From Eledone cirrhosa (taxonomy: Eukaryota), in the NCBI GenBank assembly GCA_964016885.1, contig OZ024757.1:9362001-9426000 (forward strand): 64,000 bases of DNA, given 5' to 3'. Numbering within the stretch: the first letter of the stretch is position 1; each line of letters opens with the position of its first letter. The notes under the pieces were generated by a model. It saw only the letters and a list, made by a program, of their open reading frames with translations. It was not told where the DNA came from and ran no database searches. Below are positions 40,001 through 54,700 of this stretch, in pieces. The position numbers and the translations under genes are program-made.

Positions 40001-42863
40001 TTGATATTTTGAATTGTGGACAGCCTATGCTAGACCTATCTATTTCCCTACAAATTACTATATCTAGATATGATCTGGATGACCCGATGTGTTTTGGCCA
40101 AGTCCACAATGGCACATTCGGGAAATCTAATCGGTACCTGTCAGACAGTTCAAAACGCCTGAGCAGATATGCGAGTCTCTGGCACCCACCTCCCCTATAA
40201 GCTAATCCCACACACTCCCAGCGTGATCCCGTTCCAGTCGCCCACTAACACTAAAGAGCGGGACGTTCCAAGAATGGTCTCCAGACGCCGGGAGAAATCA
40301 AGCCGCCCTGCTGCTGTCAGCCACTAGCCTGAAAGCTTGCCCGTCTCCGCTGGTCACGTTCAGCACCACTAACTTACCTTCTGGGTCCAGGAAGATGGCC
40401 CGTATGGTGAGATCCAAACCTCTCCGAAAAAGCACAGCAACTCCTCCCCCACGATCCAGGACGGTTGAGAGATGCGAACACATCGTAGCCGCCGAAGATC
40501 GGTGCGAAGGCCCGTGCTTCGTAGATTCTGGCCTCGCTGATGGCCACTACATCTATGTTTAGTGACCTGAGGTCGTTGAGCAGGTGGCCCTGCTTCCATG
40601 ACGACCCCAAGTCACGCGCATTTATGCTGCCTATTCTGAGTGAGGTCATGTTGAAATGGAGTTGAAAAGATGGGAAAGACCACTTACCTTACTTCTCGTA
40701 GAGAAAGGATGGTTTCTCCATCCTTTTCACTGCTTGTGGCCTCCTCAGGAAGGATGTCCTTATAAATCCTCCTGGAGAGTGCTTGTCGGAAGTCTCCGAT
40801 GTCTTTGGGAAATTTTTGTTTTAGTGTCGTGTACGTTTTCTGTGTGATGCGAGTGATTTTTATGTGTGCAGGTTGTGTGAACTTTTGGGTGTTATGTATT
40901 CTTTTTCTGTGGTTCTGGTGTTGTGTTGGATGTAGTGTAGTAATTGGTTGTTGTTCAAATGCAATTCTGTGTAGTGTGTATAGTTTTGGTTGTTTTGTTT
41001 TGATTGCGTTTGTGGTGGGTTTGTTTCTGTTTCGCTTTTTGGTGACTTTTGTGGTGTTGGTGATGGTGGTGTTGGAGTTAATGATGGTGATGGTGTTGGT
41101 GTTTGTGGTGATGGGGTTGGTCATGCTGGTGTGGATGGTGGCATAGCTGTCCTAACTTTTTTTGTTTGATAGTTTATTTGTTTCTCTCTGTATTTTGTTT
41201 TTGGAGGGGGAAGGAAGAGGATTTTTTTCTTTTTAGGCTTCTTTTTCTTTTTTTCTTTTTTTCTTTTTTTTGCTTCTTTTCCTTTTTTTCTTTTTTCCTG
41301 ATACCGTTTTCCACTCCTCGTCGTCACAATCTGTCTCCAGTTGCGATAGGTCTGGGAGTGAAAAATCCTCCACAGGCGTTAGTTTTGGTTGTGGCGTGGT
41401 GGATGGTGTAGGCGCTGGTGATAGTTCTGGCGCGTTGGGTGGTGGTAGTGTTCGTTTTGCTACTTTTGCTGGGGTTGCTGCTGCTACAGTTGCTTCTGTT
41501 GTTGCTGCTACAGTTAGTTGCTGCCATTTCTGCTGCTGATGGTGTTGATGGTTGAGCCACTGGGGTGGGTAAGAGAGGTGGCCTCAACTTTTTAACCTGA
41601 GGGCAGAAAGCCCTTAGGTGGGTTCCTTCACCACAAACGACACACCTAGGCCTTATACCCTCGACGATTACGGTGAGGTAGCTGCCGTCAGTGAGGTCTA
41701 TTACCTCTGGGATTTCCTGAATGCTTTTTGGGTCCGCTTGGATCAGGAGCTCCATCCCAGATCCGGACCAGTTCTCCTGCTTTTCATTTTGCTATTTCGA
41801 TTATTTTAGTTTTGGCCTCGATGTCGGCGAGGACGTCAGCCATTACCCAGGAAATTTCGATGGCTGGTGGAACGTGGATCACCCTGATCTTTACAAGTCT
41901 CTGGCCACAATAGTTTGGGACGAGTGTGAAGTCGTCGCTTCTTAATGGGGCCATGGAGTACTCTCTGGCCTCCTGTGGTGTTCCAAAGAACACGTCCACG
42001 ATTCCATATTTCTGCCCACGTCTGATGTGGGTTTTGTTGCCCACAGATGTCCCAAAGCTTTTTGGATCTGGGACTCTGATGCCCGTTCCACTCGGCGCGA
42101 TTTTATGTTAATCGTCCGATAAGACACGATGCATAGGCGCCGATGCTCCATTTCTATTAGGTGGGGGGCTGACCCTGTACCCATCTTTCTTTACCATTCT
42201 CTTGGTTTCATCTAATTCTTCCTGAGTTACCTCGATTGTTTCGCATTTTTTGGCTGCTTTGGCAGACGACACGGTGGTGTTGATGTGTTTGTTGTTGTTC
42301 TCATTGTTGTTGTTGCTGTTGTTGTTATTGTTATTTTTATTATTGTTATTTTTAGTTTCAGTTGTGGAGGTGGTGGTGGCGTCAGTGGTGTTCGGTGTGG
42401 AAGAGTCGATTCTAGCTGAATCCATTTCGATGTCACGAGATAATTTTTTTTTGTTTCTGTTATCGCTGTGGTGGTGGTGGGGGTGGCGGCTTCAACACCT
42501 GCAGTCAGTGGGAATGGCGGGAAATGAATGTATGCATGAGACAAATTTAATTTATTGCTACTGCTTATATTTTTAGTGTTGGCAAACGTAGTAATATTTA
42601 CAATGGTGGTGTCGGTGTGAGGTGTTAGTTTGTGAGGAAGGCTGTCAGCCAGGTGTAGCTGTGAGTCGTCCATGTTTTTTTCAAACTAATTTTTTGTTTG
42701 ATAATTATAAAAGTTTAAATTTTGGGCTCAAGGCCCCAATCTTTTTGAGTGCCCTTTTCCGAAAGCAAATTATGTGACGTTATAAACACCTAACAACAAA
42801 AATTTTCCATAAATGGCAATTTGAAACAACTGAAAACAACAAACCTTTGCGGAGCTCACGATG

Positions 42864-42865
<2 letters not shown>
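37080..42865 (-). mobile_element. Tx1/L1-clade LINE, copy 2, near full length, 5' type B, disrupted ORFs
   Basis: ORF2 fragments are near-identical to copy 1, but the 5'UTR and ORF1 differ (from 42673; RPRCVVCGEGTHLRAFC CCHC knuckle). (AAT)n on both sides. Confidence 0.93.
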
Positions 42866-42925
<60 letters not shown>

Positions 42926-43709
42926 CCACCGAATCAAGTCCCATAAAATTTCGGATCCATATTATATTGTTATATCGCTCAAATATTCAATTTTGTATTA
43001 TATATTTTGTATTCAAAAAAGAAAATGGCTATAAATGGAAGAAAACACCCTCTGTCTACACTATATAGAACAGCCAAATAACAGCAATTTCACCAACACC
43101 AGAAACTTGATGCACCACCTACCCCATCACACTAAATATAACAGCCAGATAACGGCAATTTCACCACCACCACCACCAATCCCAGCATCATAATAATAAT
43201 TACTATTATTATTGTCTCAAGTTTTAACAAAATGTTTAATTCCAATTTAACGGGAATATGTCAACACAATATATATTAAACATACGCGACACAAACTCAT
43301 AGATACTACATATCACAAAACTCAGTAACGACAACGCCACCGCCGCCACCACTCCATCCATCATTGCTACCACTATTCCATCACCGCCGCCACCACTCCT
43401 TCATTGCTACCACCACTATTCCCCTGTTAACTTGAGAGAGAAAGTGGAAGGTGGCGGTATCACTTGACAAGGGAGAGGCTAGCAAAAGATATAAATAGAT
43501 TGACTTAGTGACCTGGCCACCGGCCAAACGTCAACATCAACAACTATGGAACTGCTGGCTCACCCCTTCCTCACCAACAATATAAAAAGCCCCAGCACCA
43601 CCACCGACATAGCCAACAACAATAACAGGCAACTTCAGCAAAAAGTATATTATATTATTGTAATGCACTGGGTGATTGCTGGCCTTGTGCCTGGAGTGGA
43701 GACAATTAT

Positions 43710-46700
43710 TAATAATTTCATTCTTAAGCCACGCAATGCTCACATTAAGGAACCACTCATGATAATAACAATAAAAAAAAAACAACAAAAAGAAAACCCC
43801 GTGACCAAGAAATACCGGGATGGCGGCCGGCGGCGAATAGCCGTGTCTCTAGGGGAGAACGACCCCTCTAGTCTTGATCGACACTCGTTCTAGAAGTGGT
43901 AACACGAAATGATTACCCCTTGGCGGATAAGGATAAAACGCGACAAACTAAACATTACTGATTTAAATCATCTCTATTATGCATCGGCTAAAGTCACCAC
44001 TCACTTATGTGGAGTGAAAATGAAAAAACAAAGGAATTCAATCGCCAAATAAACCTTCTCCGATCTGACATAGAAATTTTAACAAACTATTAAGTAGGTG
44101 AACATGTTAAACAAACTAAACTTAGAAAATTGAAAAAGAAGTACAGTATAAAATCAACAAGTGACAAAGACATGCTGAAGAAATAATCAAGCAAAAAGTG
44201 TCGGCCAAAGCTGCTCGTATAAGGCGCTTTGAAAAACGATCTAGATTCTATAAGGACAATAATATGTTCAAAAACAACCAAAGAAACTTCTACAGAAAAA
44301 TTGGTAAGTCAACAATAACTGCTAAATCAATACCACCCAAGGAGGAAGTGCAAACATTCTGGTAAAAGATCTGGGCCGAAGAAAAAGTTCATAACATACA
44401 TGCCCCATGGATAGACAGACAAATGAAAGATACAGCTCACCTTGAGGAACAAATATGGGAAAATATAACAGTTGAATAGCTGCGCTTGGCTCTAAGAAAA
44501 AACAGCAAATGGAAATCCCCAGGAAAAGACAAAATACAAAACTTTTGGATAAATGCCTTCACAGAGTCTCATGAGCTGTTAGCCCAACTTTACAATAAAA
44601 TAGTTAATGAGCCAGAAAAGATACCATCATGGCTAGTTAACGGCATTACATTCCTGCTTCCGAAGAATGATGAGACAAACAATCCCCAAAATTACAGACC
44701 GATAACTTGCTTGACCACAATGTATAAAATTTTAACATCAGTCCTAACTGAATACACATATGACCACCTGATAACAAATGACCTATTTCCCATTGAGCAG
44801 AAAGGGTGTAAACGAGGCTCATATGGCTGTAAGGATCAGCTTCTGGTTAACAAAATGATACTGGAAGATTGTCATAATAGACACAAAAATCTATCGATTG
44901 CTTGGATAGTGAAACAAAATCACTGGAAGCTGGAGAAGTTAATATTAATTGTTGAATTTTTCAGGGTGTCTCTTTATCACCGCTTTTATTCTGCATCTCA
45001 CTTATACCATTAAGTAAAATGCTCAATGAAACAAAACATGGATATAAAGTCTATGACAAAACCATTAATCACTTGTTCTACATGGATGACCTGAAACTAT
45101 TTGCAAAAAATGATGAACAATTGCAAGGGCTATTATCCACTGTGGAGCAGTTCAGTGATGACATTAAAATGGAGTTTGGACTAGATAAATGCGCCAAAGC
45201 AACGTTCACCAGAGGAAAGCTGCTGAAGAGTTCAGACATTAATCTTGATCGGGGGAACGTGATAAGAGAACTTGATCAAGAAAAAACTTACAAATATCTA
45301 GGTGTTTGTGAAGGAGACGGAATCAAGCACTCAACAATGAGGGACAGGATAAGGAAGGAATGTTACCTCAGAGTAAGAGCAATCTTAAGAACGGAATTGA
45401 ATGCAAGGAATAGGATCGATGCCATAAACACGCTTGCCATACCAGTAGTAACCTACAGTTACAATGTCATCAACTGGTCAAGCACAGAGATCCGTAGGCT
45501 CGATACAAAAATTCGAAAATGCTTAGCCATGCACAGAATGCATCACCCTAAAGCAGATATAGATAGAATATATCTCCCTAGGAAAGAAAGAGGACGTGGG
45601 TTAATCCAGTTAGACATTGCGTTGAAAACTGCAACAATTGGATTATCTACATATCTAAGGGAATCACATGATTGGATGATCAAACTCGTTTTGAAACACG
45701 AAAGCATCACAAGATCAAATTCTCATTACAAAAGATGCACAAAGATACAGTAATGGACTACAAATTTCAGAAGTCCCATTTACTGCTGAAATGGAAAACA
45801 CAGAAAAAGCAAAGCAGGTAAAAGTAACTGCAAAGAAAGAACTGCTACAGAAACTGGCTAAGAAATGGCAAGAAAAGCCTCTGTTTGGAAAATACCCAGA
45901 GCAAGCTAACAATCCTGATGTTGACAAAACTTTAACCCATCAGTGGTTGGCATCTTCTGGACTGAAATCGGAGACTGAAGGACTAATTATATCAGCACAA
46001 GATCAGTGTCTGCCAACAAAAAATTACCCTGCCAACATAATAATAAATGGATGTAGCCCATTATGCCGTGTATGAAAAAACAACCAGAGACCATTGACCA
46101 TATAATTTCAATGTGCAGTCCTATAGCTCCAACCGAATACCTAATGAGGCATGACAGAGCTGCACAATACATACATTGGATAACGTGTAAGCATTTTGAC
46201 CTGCCCCATCAAAAGAATTGGTGGGAGCATCAACCACCTCCCATACTTGAAAAAGATCACATCTCAATCTTGTGGAACTTTAGCATCCAAACAGACCGAA
46301 AAATAGATGCAAATAGACCTGATATAATATGGAAGGACTTTAAAAAGAGGGTATGCCTGCTAATTGATATGTCTGTTCCAATAGACAAAAATGTATCTAT
46401 AAAAACATTTGAAAAATTGAGCAAGTATAAGGGCCTGGAGATAGAAATTGGAAAAATGTGGAAATTGAAAACTAAAACAATACCTGTGGTTGTTGGCGCT
46501 CTGGGAATGATACCTAAGGGGTCTAATGATTACTTATCGCAAATCCCAGGAAACCCGCGTATAGGAGAAATACAAAAGATAGTACTAATGGGAACTGCCG
46601 ATATACTAAGGAAGATTCTGTCAATATAAGTACATCACAAGTCTAAACACTAAGGATGCATGTGTGAGCATGTATGTTCTTTCTTGAACATGGCGGACCT

Positions 46701-46773
46701 TGTTGTCTCTTGAGGTCACTGGTCGTGACTTGGTGATAACTCGTATGAACATAAAACAAGATAAATGCAACTG
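43710..46773 (+). mobile_element. R4/Dong-clade retrotransposon, family B, long disrupted copy (5' boundary approximate)
   Basis: WKSPGKD, YRPITCL, EQKGC, KDQLL, HLFYMDDLKL, YKYLG, RHD and RPDII...LIDMSVP motifs. Stop at 46629, then an (AAT)n tail. Confidence 0.9.
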
Positions 46774-46795
46774 TAATAATAATAATAATAATAAT

Positions 46796-47076
46796 GGTTT
46801 CTACTTTTGGCACAAGGCCAGCAACTATCAATGCATTACTGGTACTTTATTCTATCGACCCTGGAAGGTTGAAAGGCAAAGTTAACCTCGGCGGGATAAC
46901 TTAGGCACAAGGCCAGAAATTAACCAGTGTATTACTGGTACTTTATTTTATCGACCCCGTAAGGATGAAAGGCAAAGTTAACCTCGGCGAGATTGGAACT
47001 CAGAATGGCAATGGCCGTAACTCTATACCTCAAAGCATAGCGTCCGACCCTCTACCGATAATGCCAATCCACCGCC
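46796..47076 (-). mobile_element. tRNA-derived SINE with an internal tandem duplication of its 3' part
   Basis: ggcacaaggccag...ctggtactttat...atcgaccc...gaaaggcaaagttaacctcggcg appears twice, and the A/B-box head lies at 47076-46990. (AAT)n on both sides. Confidence 0.85.
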
Positions 47077-47128
<52 letters not shown>

Positions 47129-47129
<1 letters not shown>

Positions 47130-47275
47130 TGGAACGCTTCAAAAGGCATGCTTGCTTGGAACGGCAAGAACCCTCCGATACGTCCTGAATATCTGAGGCT
47201 GCAGGTAGTGGCTTGATATTCAATCCAACGGACTTTCCAGTTAACCAACATCAATGACTGAGATTCAAGGAATAA
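47129..47275 (+). mobile_element. R4/Dong family A, ~150 bp 5'-truncated copy inside (AAT)n
   Basis: Matches 30846-30990 and has (AAT)n on both sides. Confidence 0.88.
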
Positions 47276-47282
47276 CAATGGC

Positions 47283-47323
<41 letters not shown>

Positions 47324-48129
47324 GAGAAGAAGACGCACGAGGTGGTGGAAGGTCATGAAATCGGTCCCGTAAATTTTGAATTTTTAACATATTTAAATCA
47401 TTTATGAAATAACAACTCTTAGTACAAATGCTACGTAAAGCATCCGGCTTGAGCCCCCAAAAATTAGGACCCAAAATATATTGTTATAAGGCTCAAATAT
47501 TCAAATATTCAACTTTGTATTGTACATTGTATATCCCAAAAAGAAAATGGCTATAAATGGAAGAAGAACCCACCCCCCTCCTCTGTCTACACTATATAGA
47601 ACAGCCATTTCAATTTCACCACCACCACTCACTGCTGCCATCATTACCACCACTATCCCATCACCACCGCCACCACTCCTTCATTGCTGCCACCGCTACA
47701 ACACCATCACTACAGTAATACGATCATATCACCACCACCACTGCCTCGGTATCGACATCACCACCACCACTGTCTCAGTATCGCTACCGCCGCTACTGTC
47801 ACCACTTCTCCTTGCTGGCTGCTGCCACCACATTATAGAATCCCTACTACTAAAAAAGAGGAAGGCATCAAAATATATAAATAGACTCAAAAGAAAAAAG
47901 AAAAAACAAACAACAAAACCAAAGCAGCACAGCAAAAGCAAACAGAGAAAAAAAAACAAAAAAAAAAAACGTAAAGAAAATAAGAATGACGAGAGGAACA
48001 AGCGGACGGACAGAGAAGAGGGGGGGGGAAAACTAAGTCAGACATTCGAACACTACATTACAATGAAACTTATGCATATTCATTTTTTGGGTCTTTTCTG
48101 CCTGTGTGTTTGTTTGTTTATCTGTGTTC

Positions 48130-51100
48130 GTCTACAGCGTGGTGATAATGCCACACAAGCGCCAATTGGAGCAGCGCAAACACCGGCGGCGGTGAATCCA
48201 CAGATGGCTAAGTAACCATACATTCGCCGATCCTCGATAAGAGTGTTTAAATATCGAACCTAAACAGTTCGAATAATGGTGAAATGGAGACTAGAACGTC
48301 ATGTGACAGACTCTCACCCAACAGGTGCTCCCTGGCTCAGCAGCAGGAACCTGACTGTCAACCAAATACTGCTGACGGTGGAGGAAGACGAAGAAGGAAA
48401 GGGGCCAGAACCAACTTGACGAAATAATTGAATAGAACTGTTATGCAATGTTACCTGAAAAGTAACCCCAAGGAGAGGGGCTATAGGAGACGGATGCATA
48501 ACATCTGGAACGAGATTGGTCTATTTACATTAGATGAACAAAAATTGGCCGGGCAGGCTCGGGTAATAAGAACTAATGGGTGGATAAGCGAGCTGGAACT
48601 GGAGGAACTGAGCAGAGAGATTAGCTTGGAGATGGAGGGTGTAATATGCCAGACAAACGAGCCAGAGGGAAATGAAGGTGAAGAGGTCGAGGGAACGGAG
48701 GAACCACCCGAAGCAGACAATGATCTGAATGCTAAGATAAATAATACCTGGAACAGAGATACGGCCACTGAGGAGATGAATGCTGACGGGCTAGGACAAG
48801 ATTCGGTTGACATCCTAAATTTAGTGGTAGATGAATTGAACATTGATAGTGGGAGACCTATGAACCTAAGATTTGTAGACAGGAAAAAGTTAAATGAAAC
48901 AACAGCTAAGGTAAACAAAGTCATCCCATACCTTGAGGCGAGGAGCCTTCACCAGTGCAACAATATCCTCAAAGCAACAGCAAATACGGTGAGGAAACTA
49001 CTTGGTATAAAAGCGAGAGGAAACAACAGACAAGAAAGAGCAGAGCCTTGGTGGAAGAAACGACTGAGTGGTCAAATCAATGAAATGAGGAATGACATAG
49101 GAAAGCTTGAGTCACTACTGAATGGGACACTAAAAAAACATAGGCACTAAAAATAGACTGGAAATAAAGTACAAATCTAGGTGGAAAAAGCTAAATATTA
49201 TCATAGAGGAACTGAAGCAACGCATTGTAGCCGAGACTGCAAAAATCAGGCGATACGAGAACAGAGTCAGTCAGTATAAACAGAACCGCATGTTCGACAA
49301 CAACCAGAAGATGCTGTTTGGACAGCTTGAGGGGAAAGAAAGAGGCAACGACTTGATCCCTGGGGCGGAACAAACTAAAACATTCTGGAGAGGAATATGG
49401 GAGCAGGATGTAAGACATAATGACCAGGCAGGGTGGATTGAGACAGTACAGAGGGAGTTCGGTGAACAGGCACACCAACAAACTGATTTGAGTATCACAG
49501 TTGAAACTCTTAAGGGGCAGGCCAAAAAACTAACCAACTGGAAATCACCAGGCCCAGATGGTGTGCAGGGGTATTGGATTAAACATTTAACATCCCTCCA
49601 CCCGAAGCTGACGGCCATGTTCAATGACTGCTTGGTGTCGGGTGAGGTGCCAGAGTGGTTGACAAAAGGTACCACAGTTTTGATAATGAAAGACCGAATC
49701 AAGGGTAATGATGTTACCAACTATAGACCTATCACATGTCTGTCCGTAGTGTGGAAACTGTTGACGAGCATTGTGTCTGAGGAAATCTACCATCACCTCC
49801 ACACAAACAACTTGTTACCGGACGAACAGAAAGGATGCCGAAAGAAGTCACGTGGTACAAAGGACCAGTTACTTATTGATAAGATGGTAATGGGGAATTG
49901 CAGGAGGAGACACACTGATCTTGCCATGGGATGGATAGACTACAGAAGGGCATTTGATATGGTGCCTCATTCTTGGATCACCAAAAGCCTGGAGATCTTC
50001 AAGGTGGCAGATAACATCAGACAGTTGCTGGGCAGGAGTATGGGGTCCTGGGAGACAGAGTTGACATCAACTGGAGAATCCTTGGGAAGCGTGAAGATCA
50101 AGAGAGGTATCTTCCAGGGAGATAGCCTGTCCCCTCTGTTGTGTGTCCTTGCCCTGATGCCCTTGACCATTGTGCTGCGAAAAGTGAGAGCAGGATACAA
50201 GTTGGGAAAGGGAGAGCTTACCATCAATCACCTCCTCTTCATGGACGATCTTAAGCTCTTCGGGAAGAGTGAGAAGGAGTTGGATGTGCTTGTTGACACT
50301 GTCCGTATTTTCAGCAGTGATATATGTATGCAGTTTAGTGTTAGTAAATGTGGAGTCATTGTGATGAGGAGGGGTAGGTTGAGCAGAAGTAACGGAATCC
50401 AGATACCAACAGGTGAGATGATAAAGGAAATTGACTCTGAGGAAGGATACAAGTATTTGGGAGTTCTGGAGGCTGATGGCATAAAGAACAAGAAAATGAA
50501 GGAATTGTTAAGAACTGAATACATTCGGAGAGTAAGGAGCGTATTGAAGTCACATCTGAACAGCAGAAATGCCATAAGCGCAGTAAATTCCCGAGCTGTG
50601 TCTATTATTAGGTACAGTGCGGGAATTCTGAGATGGAATGTTGCTGAACAAAAAGAAATGGATAGGAAGACTAGGAAGCTATTGACTATCTACAACATGT
50701 TCCACAAGAGGAGTGATGTCGATAGACTCTACCTAAGGAGATCTGAGGGTGGAAGAGGTCTTATAAGCATAGAGGACTGTGTTCAGATGGAGAAAAACAA
50801 CCTACACAAATACGTGACTGATAGTAAGGAGCCAATGCTCAGAACTGTACTGAAGGAGGGGAGAATAGGCCAGGGGATGTCCAAGGAGGAAAAAGCATCA
50901 AGGAGAAAGAGCAGCTTTCAGGAAAAATCCTTCATAATACCTTCTTTGAGAAAACTGAATTTAGAGATCCACAGACGTGGAACTGGTTGAAAAGAGGAGA
51001 CCTTAAATATGGTTGAAACACCATATTTACAAGGGGAAGGCTAGCTCATTGTGCATGATCTGTGGAGAGAGGAGACTGTGGCTCACATTGTATCCGAGTG

Positions 51101-51690
51101 TAAACACCTATCCCAGACACACTATAGGGGCTGGAGACACGATATGATGGGCAGGGTGATCCACTGGCACCTGTGCAAAGTGAACAATTTACCACATTCT
51201 GAGAAATTGTATGAGCATAGGCCAGAGGCGGTGACGGAGAACGATCAGGTGAAGGTACTGTGGGATTTTAGGATACAGACGGACAAGAAACTGGAACACA
51301 ATAGACCTGACCTGGTGGTTGTGGACAAAGAAAAAAGATCGTGTCTGATTGTGGATGTGGCCTGCCCATTCGACACGAGAGTGCAAGAGAAGGAGAAGGA
51401 GAAAATTAACCGATACCAGGACCTAAAGTGGGAGGTGAAAAGGATTTGGAACTGCCATGAAGTCAAAGTGATCCCGATTGTCATAGGCGCACTGGGGACT
51501 ATCTCCAAAAGTTTCCAGGGATGGTTAAAGAAAATCGGCCCCTTCACGCTTTTTGGAACGCTTCAAAAGGCATGCTTTCTGGGAACAGCAAGAACCCTCC
51601 GATACGTCCTGAATATCTGAGGCTGCAGGTAGTGGCTTGATATTCATTCCAACGTACTTTCCAGTTAACCAACTGAGATTCAAGGAATAA
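48130..51690 (+). mobile_element. R4/Dong family A, near full length (5' boundary approximate), few disruptions
   Basis: N-terminal CY.KSNP..RGYRRRM..IW and PWWKKRL motifs; 566-aa RT segment (WKSPGPDG, GIFQGDSLSP, FMDDLKL); RLE domain; (AAT)n tail. Confidence 0.93.
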
Positions 51691-51715
51691 AAACAATAAT
51701 AATAATAATAATAAT

Positions 51716-54700
51716 GATTTCTTTATTAACCACAAGGTTTTACATAAAGTAGACATTAAGGACAGTGCAGGACAATACAGGACGGTACAAATGGGCATTT
51801 CTGCGTGTAAAAAACAAAAACAGAGGTTGTAACAAAAAATAACAATGAAAAATTCCCCAATAGGGGGGAGACTTCGGAGGGACATTTGTGGAGAAATCCC
51901 AATAAAAAGCCACAGTGACCCTGACCACCAAGGCAAGTGCCCTCTCCCAGTTTTCCACCTTTAATTTACAGATATATACTCAGAGTAGGCCCATTCACTC
52001 GGGCCATTCTTGCTTCTCTCACCCATCTTTCAACAAAATGCTGGGAAGAGAGCACTTCCCTCTCTACTCTGATTTTCCTTTTCAAATGAAATTTGAAAAA
52101 GTCAATCAGAGCATCACCGAAGAGGTAAGTGCTCGTCTTCAGCCCTTTCAAACGTGTCCACCATACTATCTCTTTCGCCATGGCCACCAGACAGATAAAA
52201 ACTGTCTGCCCTTCCCGGCTAAAATAGGAGAGCGGGGCAATCCTTACGATGGACTCAGATGATAGCCGGATCCGTCCTAAACGCGACAGCAGGTGTTCGA
52301 CATAAACCCACAAGTCAGCAATTTTCGGACATTGGACGAGTGCATGCAGGACGGTTTCGTCGCCCTACGCACATCTTGGACATGCCCGGCTGACGGCACC
52401 TCCATGCCTGTAGAGTTTATCCCAAACTGGCAAGGCTCCTCGGTAGCACTGCCTGGCCAGAGATTTCTGGAAGTTGTCCATAGGCCCTGGCCCGAAAGTT
52501 CTTCCGAAGAGATTGGCTAGTTAATTTTCGTCGACGCCTAGAGGTTCCACAAGTACGCCGTCGCTCTTCCCCTCCACTAATCCTCTATAGAACGCCGAGG
52601 TGGAGTTTTCACCGATCAGATTGCCCGATTGGTCGAGGGGTGTGAGCGCCTGAAGAGATTCCAGTCTCCAGGCGCTCCCTCTCGGTATTCGCTTGACCCA
52701 GGATTGCAGCTCCGTCAAGGAAACGAACTGGGGAAAAACGTGTCTAGCAAACGGTGACCACACCTGATCACCGTCGAGGAAGAGGTGGAGATGTCGTAGC
52801 CTGAGCGCGTGCCTGCGCATCATCAGCCACGGCATGCCCAGCCCTCCACGTAGCGGGTGTTGACAACAGATGGACCGCCTGAGCATCGGAGCGCGTCCCT
52901 TCCACAAAAAGCGAAAGAGCAAACGCTCCAGCGCAGTCAGGCGAGGCTTAGGACAAGGTACGACGGTCAGGCGGTAGCAGATGACAGACGCGATGTACGC
53001 GTTAGCCACCTCCGCTCGATCTTTAAGGGATACCTTCCTCTCCGCCCATTTCTGTGTGAGAGAAGCCACCCTGCTCGTCACCTCGTCCCAGTTTTTGTCC
53101 GTCTGGAGGTCCGGACCGAACCAGACCCGTATCAATTGAACCGGTCCGTCCGTCCAGCGTCCGACGACGCTGTTGGACGGCATGGACCTGCCTCTCCAGG
53201 TGCCGAGCTGCAGGCCCACTGACTTTTCCTGGTTGATCATTGCTCCTGCCACCGCTTCGTATTCTCTTAGTGTAGTGCCGATCGCCTCGATGTGTTTGGC
53301 GTTCGACACCACTACGGTGACATCGTTCGCATATGCTGACACGGATCTTCCGCATCCTAGTTCGCGCGGGATGCCCCTCAACGTCTCCAGTTTGTGCAGT
53401 AATGACTCGAGAGTCACTACGTACAAGAGGGACGAGAGGGGACATCCTTGGCGGACCGAGCGCATGATGTTGAACGGTTCCGACAGGTGACCGTTCACTC
53501 TCACCACAGAGCAGATGTCGCTGTGCATGGCAGTGATCCAGCCTCTGAAGACGGGCCCAAAGCCAGCCGCCATCAGGACTGCCGCTAGGTAACGATGGTC
53601 GACCCTATCGAAAGCTTTCGAGTGATCTAAATTGATCAAGGACACAACCGTGCCAGGTTCCCTAGCTACTACATCTATGTTTAGTAACCTGAGGTCGTTG
53701 AGCAGGTGAACCTGCTTCCATGACGACCCCAGGCCACGCGCATTTATGCTGCCTATTCTGAGTGAGGTCATGTTTAAAATAGAGTGGAAAAGATGAGAAA
53801 GACCTCTTACCGTACTTTTCGTAGAGGAGGGATGGATTTTACATCCCTTTTCACTTGATCGTCTGATGAAGGGACCGTTGAATCGTCCCTTCTACTGGTC
53901 ATCGGCTCTTCTATGAGTATGTCCGAATATACTCTTCGGTTGATAGTACCTCCTAGGTCTCTGAAATCACCAACTGCGTTGGGGAATTTCGTTTTAATGT
54001 TTGTGTATTGTTTCTGTGCTATTTTTAGCAGTCTTATGTTAGTTGGCGTTTTGAGTTTTGAGCTGCTGTTACTTTTGTTGCTGCTGCAGGTACTACGACT
54101 ACTGCCGCCGCCGCTGTTGCTGTGGTTGTTGTTGTTGTTGCTGCTGCTAATGCTGTTGTTGTTTATGCTGCTGCTGATGCTGTTGCGGCTGCTGCTGTTG
54201 TTTTCATTGTCACTGTTGCTGTTGTTATTACGGCTGCTACTGCTATTATTCCTGACGTCAGACGAATGAAATGGGTTTTCGTATTTCCCGCACACCTGTT
54301 TCGTCGTCGTTGTTGTCGTGGAGAAATCTTGCACGCTTTGCACGAGACTTTTCTTTTCTGTCGCCGCTTGCGAAAGAGAAGGGAGGGAGAGAGACACATT
54401 TAAAGAAGGGAGGGAGAGAGACAATCTTCTCTCTGCTGTAGTGACGATTGAGCAAGAAGAAGTCGGAATGAGTGGGAGTGACCTATGAAATTTCTTTTTC
54501 GTAGCCATGTTGTTTTTTTTTGTTTAAATTAAATATTGGGCACAAAACCCTAATAAGCAGTTATTTAACCCCGAAGGGCCAAATAACAGGCAGAAAGACC
54601 CGTCTCACGAGGAGGAGGGTGTTTTTGTCTACAAGTTGGTAAAAGTTTTAACAATTTACAATTGTTATAGCGTTCAAAATTTGCAATACCTTACAGAGCC

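Noticed and set aside
53860-53895. CTGATGA followed by a stem (also at ~23135)
   Set aside because: No GAAA box follows the stem, so it is not a hammerhead.
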